From: Octopus sinensis
Taxonomy: Eukaryota
Reading direction: 5' to 3'
Length of the DNA: 64,000 bases
Assembly (NCBI RefSeq): GCF_006345805.1
Contig: NC_042999.1
Location: forward strand, 92,380,001-92,444,000
Translations under genes and position numbers: made by a program
The notes under the pieces: model-generated
Told to the model about the DNA's origin: nothing
The model's database searches: none
The model's input: the letters and a program-made list of their open reading frames with translations, nothing else
Shown: one piece after another, positions 40,151 through 53,307 of the stretch
Layout: each line of letters opens with the position of its first letter
How positions within the stretch are numbered: the first letter of the stretch is position 1

Positions 40151-40692
40151 TCTTCTACATTTAAGTGAGGCGAGTTATATAAGTAACTATATTGCAGCTA
40201 ACATGTTACTGTTATCCTTCCCATGTGATCGATTAATTTCACGCGTCACTAAGCACAGGATGTGCTCAATCATATCAAATATGTGTGTGTGTGTGTGTGT
40301 GTGCGTGTGCGTGTGCGCGTGTGTGTGTGTAGGTGTCTGTTTGTGTACAAGTGTGTGTTTATAAGTATATGCGTATGTATGTATGTATGCGTATATATAC
40401 ATTCACTTTTATATACCAACTTAGACATATCTTCTACATACTCGGAGAAAACAGAACATATGTATATGAGCGTGTGTGTTTTTGAGCTCGTGTGTGTGCG
40501 TGTGTGTGTGTGTATGTGTGTGTGTGCGCGCCTTCATGTGTGTACTTATGTACATAGACGCATATATATGTATGTGTGTGTATACTCTCTTCAACGTACC
40601 CTTTTTGTATGTATACATTAGATATACATAAATATATGTATATACATATATACATAGATATATATAATAAATACATATATACATACCTGCAT

Positions 40693-40761
<69 letters not shown>

Positions 40762-41673
40762 GGCACACATACATCATTGTACATGTATATTGTCGTTTAA
40801 CATACATTTTTCCATGCTTGAATGGGTCAGACAGAAACTATTCATGCAGATTTTCTCCGCCCAGATGCCCTTCCTGTTACCAACTCTCTCCCTTTTCTAA
40901 GAAAGGTTACGAAAAATCCAGCACAGGTCGCAAAAAGAGAGGATGCAATGGAACGTTTTTACTTCAGCCGGTCACGCCCTATTCAGCATTATTACGAAAG
41001 AAATGAAAACTATAAAACCTCAATATTGTCCCACTTGTATAATGAACAAATTCCGCTAAAAATACCTTAACGGACCACTGTCATCTGGATATATCTCACC
41101 AAACAAAAACTTCCTCACTGAGTGGGCTATAACTTCTTACGTTTGCTTTTTGTCTTCATCTTGTCTCAGACATTGTACTGCGGCCATATTGCAGCACCAC
41201 AATAAAGAGTTTCCGTCGAATAAATCGATCCCTATATTTATATTTGAGGATGGTTCTTATTGTATCTATAACTTTTGTCGAACCCTACGTTATAGGAGTC
41301 TAAACGAAGGAACACCGGTTCAAGAGAGAAAATACAGTTGGGAATATGAAGATTAAGCCAACAGAAAGTATTGAACAAGAGTAATTTTCAAATAGGGTTA
41401 AAAGTTTCAAAAGACCACATATAAAACCTTATGAAATTTTATTTTAATCACGTTTTCTAACAACGCATAAAATCACACTAAAATTTTTTCTATCTTAATC
41501 AAGTGCAGCGAAACAAAAACAACACTCACAACTATGTTGAAGCTCATAAACATAAGCATTAAAATTCTCAAAATAACACAATCTCATTTAAGCAGCTGTA
41601 TACTCTTATACTCCTTAATATACAAACAAACTACACGGAGGCAAAAAAATTAGTAGACACGCAAACATACATG

Positions 41674-41707
<34 letters not shown>

Positions 41708-42176
41708 TGTATGTATGTATGTATGAATGTATATATGTATGTATGTATGTATACACACATTATATAAATACATACAAAAGCATACATATACACGCAACAT
41801 AAATACGCATACATACAAATGTATGCAACGAATACATATATATATATATATATTATATATATATATAGGTGCCTATGGATAGATATATACATACATATGT
41901 CATATATATATATATATTATATATATATATATATATGTAAAAACACAGAGTAGAGGAAATTGAAAATGTAAATCATTGGCAGTAAAACATATTCCCCAAC
42001 GCATTAATGAAGATATTCAATCAATTATACGTACACACACACACACACACACCACACACACACACACATTTCCTACGCATGCATTGTTTGGGTTTATCAG
42101 CTGATGGTTTTTACACCATTTTACATATAGTCATGGTCAGGCTATTCAATTCACCTTAGGTTCGTTTCAGGTGCGA

Positions 42177-42219
42177 GATGTTGATAAGTCACAAAAATGA
42201 CGAAACATCGATGACCATC
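42177..42219 (+). ncRNA. Hammerhead-like motif with U3-A8 core variant (probably inactivated at U16.1)
   Basis: GATG-TTGATAA-GTCA caaaaa TGAC-GAAA-CATCGATG-A-C-CATC: perfect 4-bp stems I and II and an 8-nt palindromic stem III. Confidence 0.55.
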
Positions 42220-42391
42220 ACTCACCACTAGAACTCAGGGTGAGTGGCTTTGCCCGTCTTTGACTGATTTTAGGTGTTTTAACACCTGGCGCTGTGTAGG
42301 AGTCATCTCCAACGCCTCAATTCGCTGCTAACCGGTGAAGAATCAAAGCACATACATTGAATATGTGAGTTCGGTATTATATACAAATATG

Positions 42392-42470
<79 letters not shown>

Positions 42471-44169
42471 ATACACATACTTACATGCATGTATAAATTC
42501 ACACACACACGCACATTCACACAAACCCCGCACCACACGCACACACACACGTATGGATACACACACACACACACATACACCTGTACACTCAGACATAGAT
42601 ACTCACTTATATATGAGTGGATTTTACATATAAACGAACATAAACACACAGAGCAATATAAATGCAAACACACATAAATATGCATATTCAAACATACATC
42701 CATACACTTCAGTAGATATGGATATATACACATATACACACACATATACATACATACATACACACATACATACATACATACATACATACATACATACATA
42801 CATACATACATACATACATACATACATACATACCAGAATATAGGCATATTATATATATATATATATATGTATGTATATATCCTTTAAGTTTGCTTATGTG
42901 AAGCGTTTTTTAGTGCGCTCATTAAAAGCTACTATGATATTTATTCTGGCTACCGCTTATTATTTCCATCTTTCAGAGTAATTTTTTTTGGCTGGTTATT
43001 AGTTTGGTGCCGCTATAGCGTAGGATGACTATAGTAAAGGCGAGAATGTATGTGCTCGTTTCTTCAGGCAAAAAATTGCATTAGTATTTTGGTTGTATCG
43101 AATTGTTAACTTAGGTACTGTTAAATATCCCTCAGCTAAACATTCGATACAACTAGATCACTAAGGCAAATGTTTTCCAAGGAAACTAGTACATTAATGT
43201 TTCCCCCTTATAAATCTATGGATATTGCTAATCATATTTGTAATATCCTATGGATGGAGAATGCAAGAACAAAAACATGATTTGTGGAAACGTACGTAGC
43301 AATGCATTAAAGGTCTTATGAAACCCATACGTACAAATACATACATGTAAATATAGATATATTAATATAACAAATATGTAAAGAGGGTCATATAGAAGCA
43401 TATGGATATAAACATATAGCTGCTTCATGATGACTAAAAGTAAACAATTTTTCCACATTGAATTTGGCAACTAGATTGTAAAAGTAAATTTAATGAAGCA
43501 CGTATGACAAAGTAGAGGTAGACAGGAGTACATAGAGGCTTCCATGTGTAGAATTACAGAATCATGCGGTCGTTAGAACGCAGCAACTTTAATAATATGT
43601 GATAAGTTATTTAGGTGTGAAATATGGGTATAGTAGACTGGAATGATATACATCAATGTACAAAAAGTATTTTTGCAACTAGCAGAATGTAAGAATATGG
43701 TCTAATACATTATTTATTACTAAAGTGACACAAAATTATGGTTAACCGAGATAGAGAATTATTAATTTATTGATATAGGTGATAAAGTTCATTAGTGTAG
43801 GTTTAATAATCAAGTGTCAGATAAGGTATAATTAGCATATGGTAACAACTTGTATTTAAGACGCAAACATGAATGGGTATCAAGTATTTCTATAAATAAC
43901 GGAATGTAGTTTTATACGTTGTCTATCTCTTAGATGAAAACAAATTATGGTTAAGAAGGTAGGGACTTATTCAATTGTATTAATTTAAGTAATAAAATGA
44001 CTGGATATGCTCTAATACATTATCTGTTACTAGGGTTAGATCAAATCATGATTAACTAAGGAAGGAAATTATTCATTTCTATTGATCAGGGTTATAAATT
44101 TTACTAATGCAGGTGCAATGATTAAGTGTAAGGTTAGGTATAACTAGCATACAGGAAAAATTTGTATTA

Positions 44170-45760
44170 ACCCTTCTGCTCATGTGGCAGAACTCCATTT
44201 TTTCCGGAAGTTCGTACATTGACTCTGCGAGTATTCCAGTCAATAATTTCCACATAAGTGGCAGACAGGATATCGGACTGTAATTGTCTACCGTATTGCC
44301 TTTCTCGATGTTTTTCCAGCACAGCACTGTCCTACCCAATGTCAACCACTCTGGTGTTACATGGTCGGCATTTAACTAGGTGTTGAGTTGCGCAGCTATT
44401 CGTGCATGATATTCACCAAATCTTTTGATCCAATAGCGTTGAAATCCATCTGGTCCTGAGGCCTTCCAGTTGCTCATCTTTTTGCTGATTTCCTTCATTT
44501 CCCTAACTGAAATGACTAGTTCTGCCTGTTTTGGACATACTACTGTTTGTTTCAGTTCTTGGAACCATTCACCATCCTTCTTGTGCTCCTTGTCTTTGCT
44601 CCAGATGTCACTCCAAAACCTTTGACTTTCATTGTTTTCCGGTATCAACTTTTCATCTGTACACTCTCCATTTATTTCTTTATAGAGTCTCTTCTGATCT
44701 ACACTGAATAATCTATTTTGGTGGTAACTCTTCATTCTTTAGTCGTATCTTACCATCTTTGCTTTCTTTGCAACGAGGCGCTCCTTCAGTTATTCCATTA
44801 CCACTTTCAGGCCCTTTCTTTTAATATTATACTTCCTTTTCAGTGCTCTGTATTTTTGTTCGCTTTTAAGCTTCTCTTTCTTGTTTCAGTCTAACACAGA
44901 AATTTCCTTCGAGAGCAAATTTAACCTTGCCTATATTCTGCTTTTCCACCATAGGTCTTTTCTTTTGTCACTCCCATTGTATTTCTTTTTCTTGACATCA
45001 ACACCCACATTTTCTCCTATAACAATACTTGCTGCCTTGATCAAATTATTTGTTTCTGTGATGTTGTTTGTTTTGATGTATTTCAGAATTTCATTTAATT
45101 TTTTCGTTTCTTGGTTCAATTTCCATCGATCAAACTTTTTAATGTTACAAATAATGTCGTTATCGTTCTACTGTAGTCTTACCTTTATTCTGTCGTAGAT
45201 TGCCTTTTGTTCATCTGTAATGTTGCCATTAGTTTTATTGTCATCTATATGTCTCTCATCAAGTAAACTGCCACTGCTCCTTTCCTGTGCTATGAAATTA
45301 CTCTTATTAGTAAGCACAGTATTTTCATTGTTATCTCTGCTGCTATTTTCCAAGACCCGTCTTTTGATAGCTTCGAGCACTACTTCTGTGAACCAACGAA
45401 TTTTCCCTATTGCTCTAGCTTGATCACACAGTCTTTGTTTCGTGAGTTGAAACAATCCCATTTCCCTCACATGAGCATTCGTACGTTATCGGTAACCCCT
45501 AATATGAGCACCATTTTCATCTACCTGGTTGCTCAGGTAGTAACACTCCATGACCACAGCATTAATTTGCTTGCTCCATCTATGCCGTATGTGGTGGTCC
45601 CTTTCTGGATATCGACAAGCTGAAGCCGGACCAGAATCTCTGAGCTTGCCGGGTGCAACACTGTCACCATCAATGGCTTCATTTTCATTACCACCGTTAT
45701 TCACAATATTTTGTGTATTCATTGTCACTCATATGAGGTAGCGATTATCAGGTTGCGCAA
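44170..45760 (-). mobile_element. 5' half of a decayed R4/Dong element (N-terminus to RT domain 2)
   Basis: RWSKQINAVVMECYYLS; QRLCDQARAI; QNRLFSVDQKRLYKEI; FWSDIWS; NWKASGPDGFQRYWIKRF; NYSPISCLPLMWKLLTGIL. Starts beside a (TTA)n array. Confidence 0.88.
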
Positions 45761-45847
45761 TTACCAGTGTTTTTATTATGACACCATCACAAGATGTATC
45801 GTTAATGAGAAAATGTGGAGATTCGGGGAAACTCCATTCGCTTCTTT

Positions 45848-45861
45848 CATTATTATTATTA

Positions 45862-45944
<83 letters not shown>

Positions 45945-45952
45945 TATTATTA

Positions 45953-45983
<31 letters not shown>
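45848..45983. repeat. (TTA)n array
   Basis: Directly visible. Confidence 0.95.
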
Positions 45984-46345
45984 ACCTTGGCGGTTGGATG
46001 GAACCTACACTCGCCTCCTTATGAGAGCTCAAAATCTCTCGTGGAAGCGCCATCCAACCAAAATGCAAATATATGGGAAACTACCACCTGTGTCATCTCT
46101 TGTGAAAGGTAAGAGAGTCCAGTTTGCTGGACATTGTTGTAGAGCTGAAAAAGAGGTAATTTCTACTCTTCTCCTCTGGAAGCCATCTACTCGCAATACC
46201 AGAGAGCGCACACTCTCCTACCCTGATGTAATCTCCAGGGATACAGGCATCCAGCAACAGGACCTCCGTAATGCCATGATGGACCGTGAAGTCTGGCGTA
46301 GCATGGTAAATTCCATTGTCTCGACCACGGTCGAACAATGATGAA
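45984..46345 (+). mobile_element. 5'-truncated RTE-type LINE 3' end inserted in (TTA)n
   Basis: Stop-free DGTYTRLLMRAQNLSWKRHPTKMQIYGKLPPVSSLVKGKRVQFAGHCCRA...LLLWKP...MMDREVWR, then a TGA/TTA tail. Confidence 0.88.
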
Positions 46346-46347
46346 TG

Positions 46348-46417
<70 letters not shown>

Positions 46418-46421
46418 TATT

Positions 46422-46882
46422 GAGTGAGAGAACAGTGCATGCCATCAAAGTGACACTGGGGTAAAATATACGAAGCCAAGTATACCCATCATGACTATCC
46501 GTCTGATAAGGGTACACCAGGCACATGCATCACAACCATTTGTGCGCGACATGGTGATCTTATATCAAAATAGACAGCGTATGACCTTGCAGGTGGGGCC
46601 CAGTTAGAATTTTCTTCAGGTCGAGTAGCCCATCCCACTTAAAAGGTTCCTGAATAAGGGTTGTTTAAAGATGTTGAACGAAACACCCATGTTTCCAGAG
46701 GTGAATTATTCAAACCCCAAAGAATTCCTCTCAACACATGGCTATGATGCTCCCCCACTACTTCTGCTCGTGATCAGAGATGCACATATTGTCAGCCACT
46801 AAGGGACATGCTCAACTGGTTATGGTCAAACAACTGACAAGCAAATCTGTGGTATTGAGCAGAATATTTGCTGTAGCCCATC

Positions 46883-46886
<4 letters not shown>
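46422..46886. mobile_element. Unclassified ~465-bp element bounded by (TTA)n on both sides
   Basis: Higher-complexity, non-coding block sharply delimited by TTA arrays. Confidence 0.45.
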
Positions 46887-46941
<55 letters not shown>

Positions 46942-47389
46942 ATTATTATTACACACGTACGCACACTTATATAAACGTACCCAATAAGTGTGAGTTACAA
47001 TGGAATGGAATTGATATTTTACACCATCATCACTTTGAGTTACACATTATCCTGTTTTTACAAAATGACGGAACATTTTATCATGATATACTTGTTCATT
47101 TTATAAAGATATCACATATTTGGTAACATGCGACTTATACTTCTGGAGATTCTAAAATTTGAAGTTTAACATTGAAAAGATTTAGATATAATGATAAGAA
47201 ATTAAATCTGACTAAATGGGGAAAAATGCGAGATGAATAAAGGCAAATATAAATAACATAAAAATATGAGAAAGAAGAGATTGTACGCGGTCGGTAATTC
47301 ACCGAAAAAATGATAATTATCACTAGTTAACAACGATGGTGTTAGGCCTCAAAATTATGTAATTGTTATGACTTGTAATTGAAAGAAGC

Positions 47390-47427
<38 letters not shown>

Positions 47428-47472
47428 GAAAAGAGAGAAAAGGTTGCTGCTGTTCTTCTTCTTCCCACCACC

Positions 47473-47546
<74 letters not shown>

Positions 47547-47570
47547 GCTGCTGCTGCTGCTGCTGCTTCA
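47390..47570. repeat. Compound (GA)n-(CAC)n-(CTA)n-(CTG)n microsatellite
   Basis: Directly visible. Confidence 0.95.
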
Positions 47571-48249
47571 TCTTCTGTGACAGTTTTACTTTTTCCTTCT
47601 TAGTTCTTCAGCACTGCCTGAACTCGAATGCATTCCCTTCTGCCCCTCTGCTTCTTTCTCGCTCTATTTGACTGCATGCATTCATTGTAAAATTTATTTT
47701 TCCTTATTCGTTTATAAACTCATCCCAAATAAGTATACACTTTTCCCATGAAACCATCGCAGTTAATTGCCTATTTATATCGTAGGTCAACAAACAATTT
47801 GCCTCTTCTGTCGTTTTCTTTTTATTTGTTTCCTACTTTCATCTTTTCTCTAAATATATTTATGCTAGTGTGTGTATACCTTTGTCATTATGGGTAATAT
47901 CATGAAACAGCATATATGCTATATTTATAATGTAACTTTTATTCAATTTCTTGGTGCTTAAATAAATGATGAAATGATTACTAGTTTCAAAAGAAAAAAA
48001 AAACCATTTATTTTCTTAAGACAGAATTAAATATAACAATATTTAAACGATAAAAAAAAATCATAAATACAAAAATGAAAAATTACTCTGTGTTGATTTT
48101 TGTATTATTGAGGTTCACACAAACAACGAGCAAACTTTCATCTTCTCTATCATTGAAAATAAGTTTATGTATGTACACACGCACGCACGCACATACATAC
48201 ATACATACATACATACATACATACATACATACATACATTCATACATACA

Positions 48250-48280
<31 letters not shown>

Positions 48281-48389
48281 GTGTGTATGTGAGTCTGTGT
48301 GTATATATACATACATGGATATATATATATATATAATTATATATCCATAAATATTTATATATACATTCATACATACACGCGAACTCTCA

Positions 48390-48920
48390 CAAATATATGT
48401 ATGTATCACTCTTGCCCTCCGTTTGTCATCAATGACCATGGATAAAGGTTTTTTGTTGTCCGTCGCACATATAGGCTGCTCGAGTGTTGCTTGGATTATA
48501 GCGTTGCCCGATTCCATCCCTCCAGCATAGGTTATTGGATAGGATCCGGGAATGGGTAGTTGCAGGAATGCGTCGTTGTCTGTAACGAGGTTATAGACAA
48601 CGTTGTACTGGCTCTTGGACACCGACTCGTAATTTTTCCTCAGAGCTTATTCCCAAAGCCCTTATAAAGGCTGGGTATAGCCGTAAGGCAGCAGAGGGCC
48701 ACAATCAGGGTTTCCCTTGCCCATTATGAGTTGCACCCGCTCTGCCGTAAATTTGACTTCCACCTGCCCGACTGACTTGCTAATTAATCCATAGGTGGGA
48801 CCGTGACAGGCGCATGTATTCTGTATCGGAATAGATCTGGGAATAATAGTGGCTAAGTAGTCACTTCACACATCCCAAAACACTGGAACTCTCAAACCAA
48901 GGCCTCACCAATGGGTGTAG
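48390..48920 (-). other. GC-richer coding-like island of unknown origin between (TACA)/(TATG) arrays
   Basis: Two consecutive long open stretches on the minus strand (IIPRSIPIQNTCACHGPTYG...LPYGYTQPL and ALRKNYESVSKSQYNVVYNLVTDNDAFLQLPIPG...); no motif recognised. Confidence 0.3.
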
Positions 48921-49771
48921 TTTAGAGTATATGTGTTATGTATGTATGTATGTATGTATGTATGTATGTATGTATGTATGTATGTATATATGTATGCATG
49001 CATGTATGTATGTATGTATGTATGTATGTATGTATGTATGTATGTATGTATGTATGTATGTATGTATACATTCTCCCTCTGTTCCTCTTCCTCTGCCAGT
49101 GATTATCTTCTTTTCTGCAGTGTGTATGTGTATAGGGCCTGCCATTACACCTGGTATATGCATTCTTTGTACACCTCTTATGTCTACTCTCTCCGTGTAT
49201 TCCTTTTACTCTCTCTCTTTGTCTGTCTCTCTTTTAGTTTCTTTCTCTCTTTTTTTCTCTCTCTTTCTTACTCTCTCTTTATCTGTACGATGTATAGCGT
49301 AACTGGAGAAACCAATCAACTAAAAAGCATTTAAGCAGCTATTAGCTTTCCATGTGTCACACTTTACACAAATAAACTGCTGGAAGCTTTGAAACTGCGG
49401 TACACTTCTCGACGAATCATCTCGTATAGACACATAATGTTTAAAAAAAATACCCACAGAAATCCCGCACTGGCAAGCGAAAAGTGTCTAGTAGCAGTGG
49501 TAAAATTACTAAATACGTATTTTCTGCCTTTTTGAGCATCATCAATAGCAAGCATACAATAGCATCGCGTACTTAAACAAATTTAGCCTCTACTAATGCA
49601 GGAGCAGCAATTGGCCGACAGGCTGGATGCTATCCGTTATTACTAACAGAAATAGTATTAATTCAAAACAGAATTCTGTATATCATACTTAACGCAAATA
49701 TACTGTTGAAAGATTTCAAACCGCGGTATTCGTTTCGTGATAGCCTCTGTATATGTGTACTGTATTGTTAA

Positions 49772-51202
49772 GAGTCGCTTCGCGGGTCAGAGTATTGACT
49801 TTTTGTAAAACTTTAAAATACTGAATTGTCGCAAACTGAATAATAAACGGGGCAATTTGATTGGTTAAAATTAATATTTAAAAAAGCCCACACAGGTAGT
49901 CCAGACTTTGATTTTGCTTCACTCAATCAGTAGTTATGTCAGAATTATCATGTACTTACAAAAAAGGTAGATGTATTAGTTGCAAAGGATGGTACAGATG
50001 TGGATGTACATGTCGTGGAGATAATAAACGAAACGAAAATGTAAACACACATGCCGCAAAGAGAATACGACTTATGGGAGATGCCGGCACACGCAAAACA
50101 AATATGAATACAAGAAAACGTAGTATGTATACGGAACAAGAAGATTCTGAACCAGAAGTTAACGATCCATCACGAATTGTTTCAACAGTGGGGGAATTGT
50201 ATGAAGCATTTGATTTAAAATCAGTATCATCATTACCGGGAAAAGCTAAACCTGAAAGTACCCGAATGGAAAACTTTGAGGAAGCAGCTAAAAAGCGACT
50301 AGTGAAACTAACCAGTGCCATAGTGAAAAAAAGTATGCTCTATCATTAGTCTGTATGATGCCGAAGGCCGTATGAAAGAAGTAGTTAAAAACGAAGGAGA
50401 AAGTTTCGTCGATAAAGGCAAATTAGCGGAAAATATCATTAAAGTATGAAAGGCATTGCCGATAAATGTTGTAAAGTAGCTTCATTAAGACGAAAGTATA
50501 AACATATGGCAAGTGGAAAGCAGCTTACACCTTCCAATAGATCAATTATACGATACGATCGTGATCAAATGGAAGCTGCAGTGGAGTTTGTTTTGTCAGA
50601 TGCTAATGTATGCAACATCTCATGGGGTACCAAAACATTTACGATTAATGACGAAGAAATATCCCCCACCAAGCTGATTAGGAAAAATAATGCAACTATA
50701 ATGCTACGTGATTACAAAGAAACCATACTTAAAAATAAACAATTAGGCTCTACATCATTCCGGAAGATAGTTAAAACAAGCGGTCGATTATATGTCGGGA
50801 GTATTAATGTATGAACATTTTGCACGTCTGAAGACTGTTGTTGCTATCAGTGCCGAATCAGAATCTTTGAAGGCTATTTTCAATGGTTTAGAAGCTTACA
50901 TTAAGACAACCTATGAGGGACACATTTCAGCATGTAGTGCCACGGATAAAGAGTTTTCTTTATCCATCTCTGGAGCGGAAATGAAACAATGTGGTGTTTG
51001 TTGCTTCCCCAAGCATATAATATAATACATTAAACGGCATGTGGGCCCAGAACAGGAAATTCTATTGAATGATGCTATGGAAAAATTATATCTTTTATTT
51101 AGTCATCGTGTGAGAGTACTTAACGCAACAGGACTGATGAAATGATGTCCAATTTACGTTTAGAAGATGCTATGGTTGTTATGGATTTCAAAATGAAATT
51201 CG
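49772..51202 (+). mobile_element. Decayed Sola3-like DNA transposon (5' half), truncated by the Penelope insertion
   Basis: TTAA|GAG left end at 49768-49774; Cys-rich N-terminus (C..C...CGCTC); AVEFVLS...ISWGTKT...KLIRK; VDYMSGVL; LFSHRVRVLN...AMVVMDFKMKFE. Family assignment is from recalled motifs, not a search. Confidence 0.6.
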
Positions 51203-53096
51203 AAGTGATCACTCAGTAGAATTTGTCGGTATTCCGGGAGATTTATTTGTTCTTTATGCACCGTTACTCGTTTACGTAACGGGAGACTCGTTTGTCCAAC
51301 ATAATTATGTTGGCAACCAGCGCATGTGAGAACGTAGATAAGGTTCTCGGAGGAACAGGAGAAGTTAGTCTTGATTGTGAACTTCGTACCTTGTTTGAAG
51401 GTAAATTCAGAGCCTTCAAGTAGAAAGCGGCAGGTACCACAGTTTGAGCGTGCACATTTTTTTACTGTTGGGGGTGGATGTGGTGTGTGAAGTTTGGCAT
51501 TTGTCAAGAGTTTTTTTAAAGATTTGTGTTGCCTTTTACATTTGAGGATTTTGTGTGTATTTATAATGTTTTTCATTTTTGGGTCTGTTGACAGTAGACT
51601 GAGGTTTTGTATGATTGTGGTGTATGCTTCGATATTTTTGGGGTTGTGGGTGGAAATGTATAGAAGTATTTTGAGGTTGTGTGTGGTGTTAGGTTGGGTG
51701 GTTTTCAGTGTAGTGTTATCTAGTTCTTTGGCGCGTTTTGTTCCATACTCTATAAGGGTGGAGGGATATTGACGTTGTAATAGTGTTTTTTTGAGGTCTT
51801 GAAGGCGTATTTCTCGTGTTTTTGGATCCGAGACAATGGTGCATACCCTTTTAGCTAAATTGAAAGGGGTATTTGTCTTGGTGTGTTTTGGGTGGCATGA
51901 ACTAAAGAGGAGGTATTGTTGTGAGTCTGTAGGTTTGTGGTAGATGTCTGTTATGATTTGGTTCTTAGGTGTTTTTATAATTAGGAGATCAAGGAATGGG
52001 AGATGATGTTTGCTTAATTCCATAGTGAATTGGATGTTGGGATGTATGTTGTTTAGTATGGTTTTGAATTCCAGGAGTTTTTCATAAGGTTCTTTCCATA
52101 TGATGAAACAATCATCTAAATACCTTTTCCAGTTTTCCATTAGGTATGTGTGGAAAACATGTCCAAATTTCTGGCTTGATATTTCATAGAGTGACAGTTC
52201 GAAGTAACCCATTATGAGGTTCGCAAGGACTGGTGCAGCCTTGGTACCCATCGCAATACCACATTTTTGACGGTGGTGTGTGTCGTCGAAGAGAAAAAAA
52301 TTGTTTGTCAGAATGAACTTGAGAGATTCTGTAATAAAAGACTTGTTGATGCGGTCAGAGAATGTCTCTGGGTGTTTTTCTAGCCAGAAGTCAATTGCCT
52401 CTATACCATACTCATGTGGGATGTTGGTGTAGAGGTTGATGACATCAAAGGATACCAGGAGTGCCTCCTCGTTAACTGTTTTCGGGAGGTGTTTGAGCAT
52501 GTCCAGATCATCCCTAATGAAACTTTTGATGTGGGTAAGGAAAGGTTTCAAAAGGATGTCTAGGAAGTTACTCAGGCGGTGTGTTTCACAGGAGGTACCA
52601 GCCACGATGGGCCTTAGTTTTAGGTCCTCCGGTGCTTTGATGTTGATGTGGATGTCAGTGGAGAGTTTGCAGGCTTCGGTGATGTATTTGTTTTTATGGA
52701 TTTTAGGAAGGCCATAAAAGAGGCTGGGCTTGCATTTGAAAATGGTGATATAATCCCTTTCTTTTTCTGTGAGTCCCTGACCGTGTTGGCGTATGAGTGT
52801 GGTGAGGTTTCTGATTGTTTTTTGCTGTTTGTAGTTGTTAATAACCTCATAGAAAATGTTATTGTTAAGCATGGAAAACACTAGGTGTTTATAAAATTCC
52901 GTGTCCATAAGGACCACAGCACTCCCTTTGTCCGCTTCTTTGATGGTGAGGTTTTTATCCAGTTGTATGTCACGTAGGTTTTCCCATTCTTCCTTACTGA
53001 AATTGGATTTTACCTTGGTTTTGCTTGGGGTAAAGGGGAGACTCTGGATGTGTTTGCAGAAATCGTCCAGTGTTTTATTTCTCCCTTTTGATGAAA
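51203..53096 (-). CDS. Penelope RT + GIY-YIG N-terminal part (stop-free, inverted segment)
   Basis: ADKG; RPIVAG; SFDVINLYTNIP; GIAMGTKAAPVLANLIMGYFE; WKRYLDDCFII; DIYHKPTD..QYL..SCHP; NLIYVLTC...YVGQT. Confidence 0.95.
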
Positions 53097-53307
53097 GGTG
53101 CATAAAGAACAAATAAATCTCCCGGAATACCGACAAATTCCACTGAGTGACCACTTAGACTCATGTGCTAAAGACTTAAACCCCAAATTCTATATATTCC
53201 CCTTCTACCAATGTAAAGACGGGATCACCACACAGGAGAGAATTAACAAGGAGAATCTCTTTATTGAAAAATTCCAAACACAACTTAATATGCAAACTCC
53301 TCGTTGA
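53097..53307 (+). CDS. Penelope GIY-YIG C-terminus (non-inverted segment)
   Basis: VHKEQINLPEYRQIPLSDHLDSC...ERINKENLFIEKFQTQLN*. The first 60 bp duplicate 51203-51262 in inverted orientation (58/60 identical). Confidence 0.92.

Noticed and set aside
51160-53154. 664-aa ORF taken as an intact Penelope protein
   Set aside because: Its first ~19 residues are antisense of the duplicated 60-mer and its last ~14 are antisense of the Sola3-like flank. The true start is missing and the true C-terminus is on the other strand.
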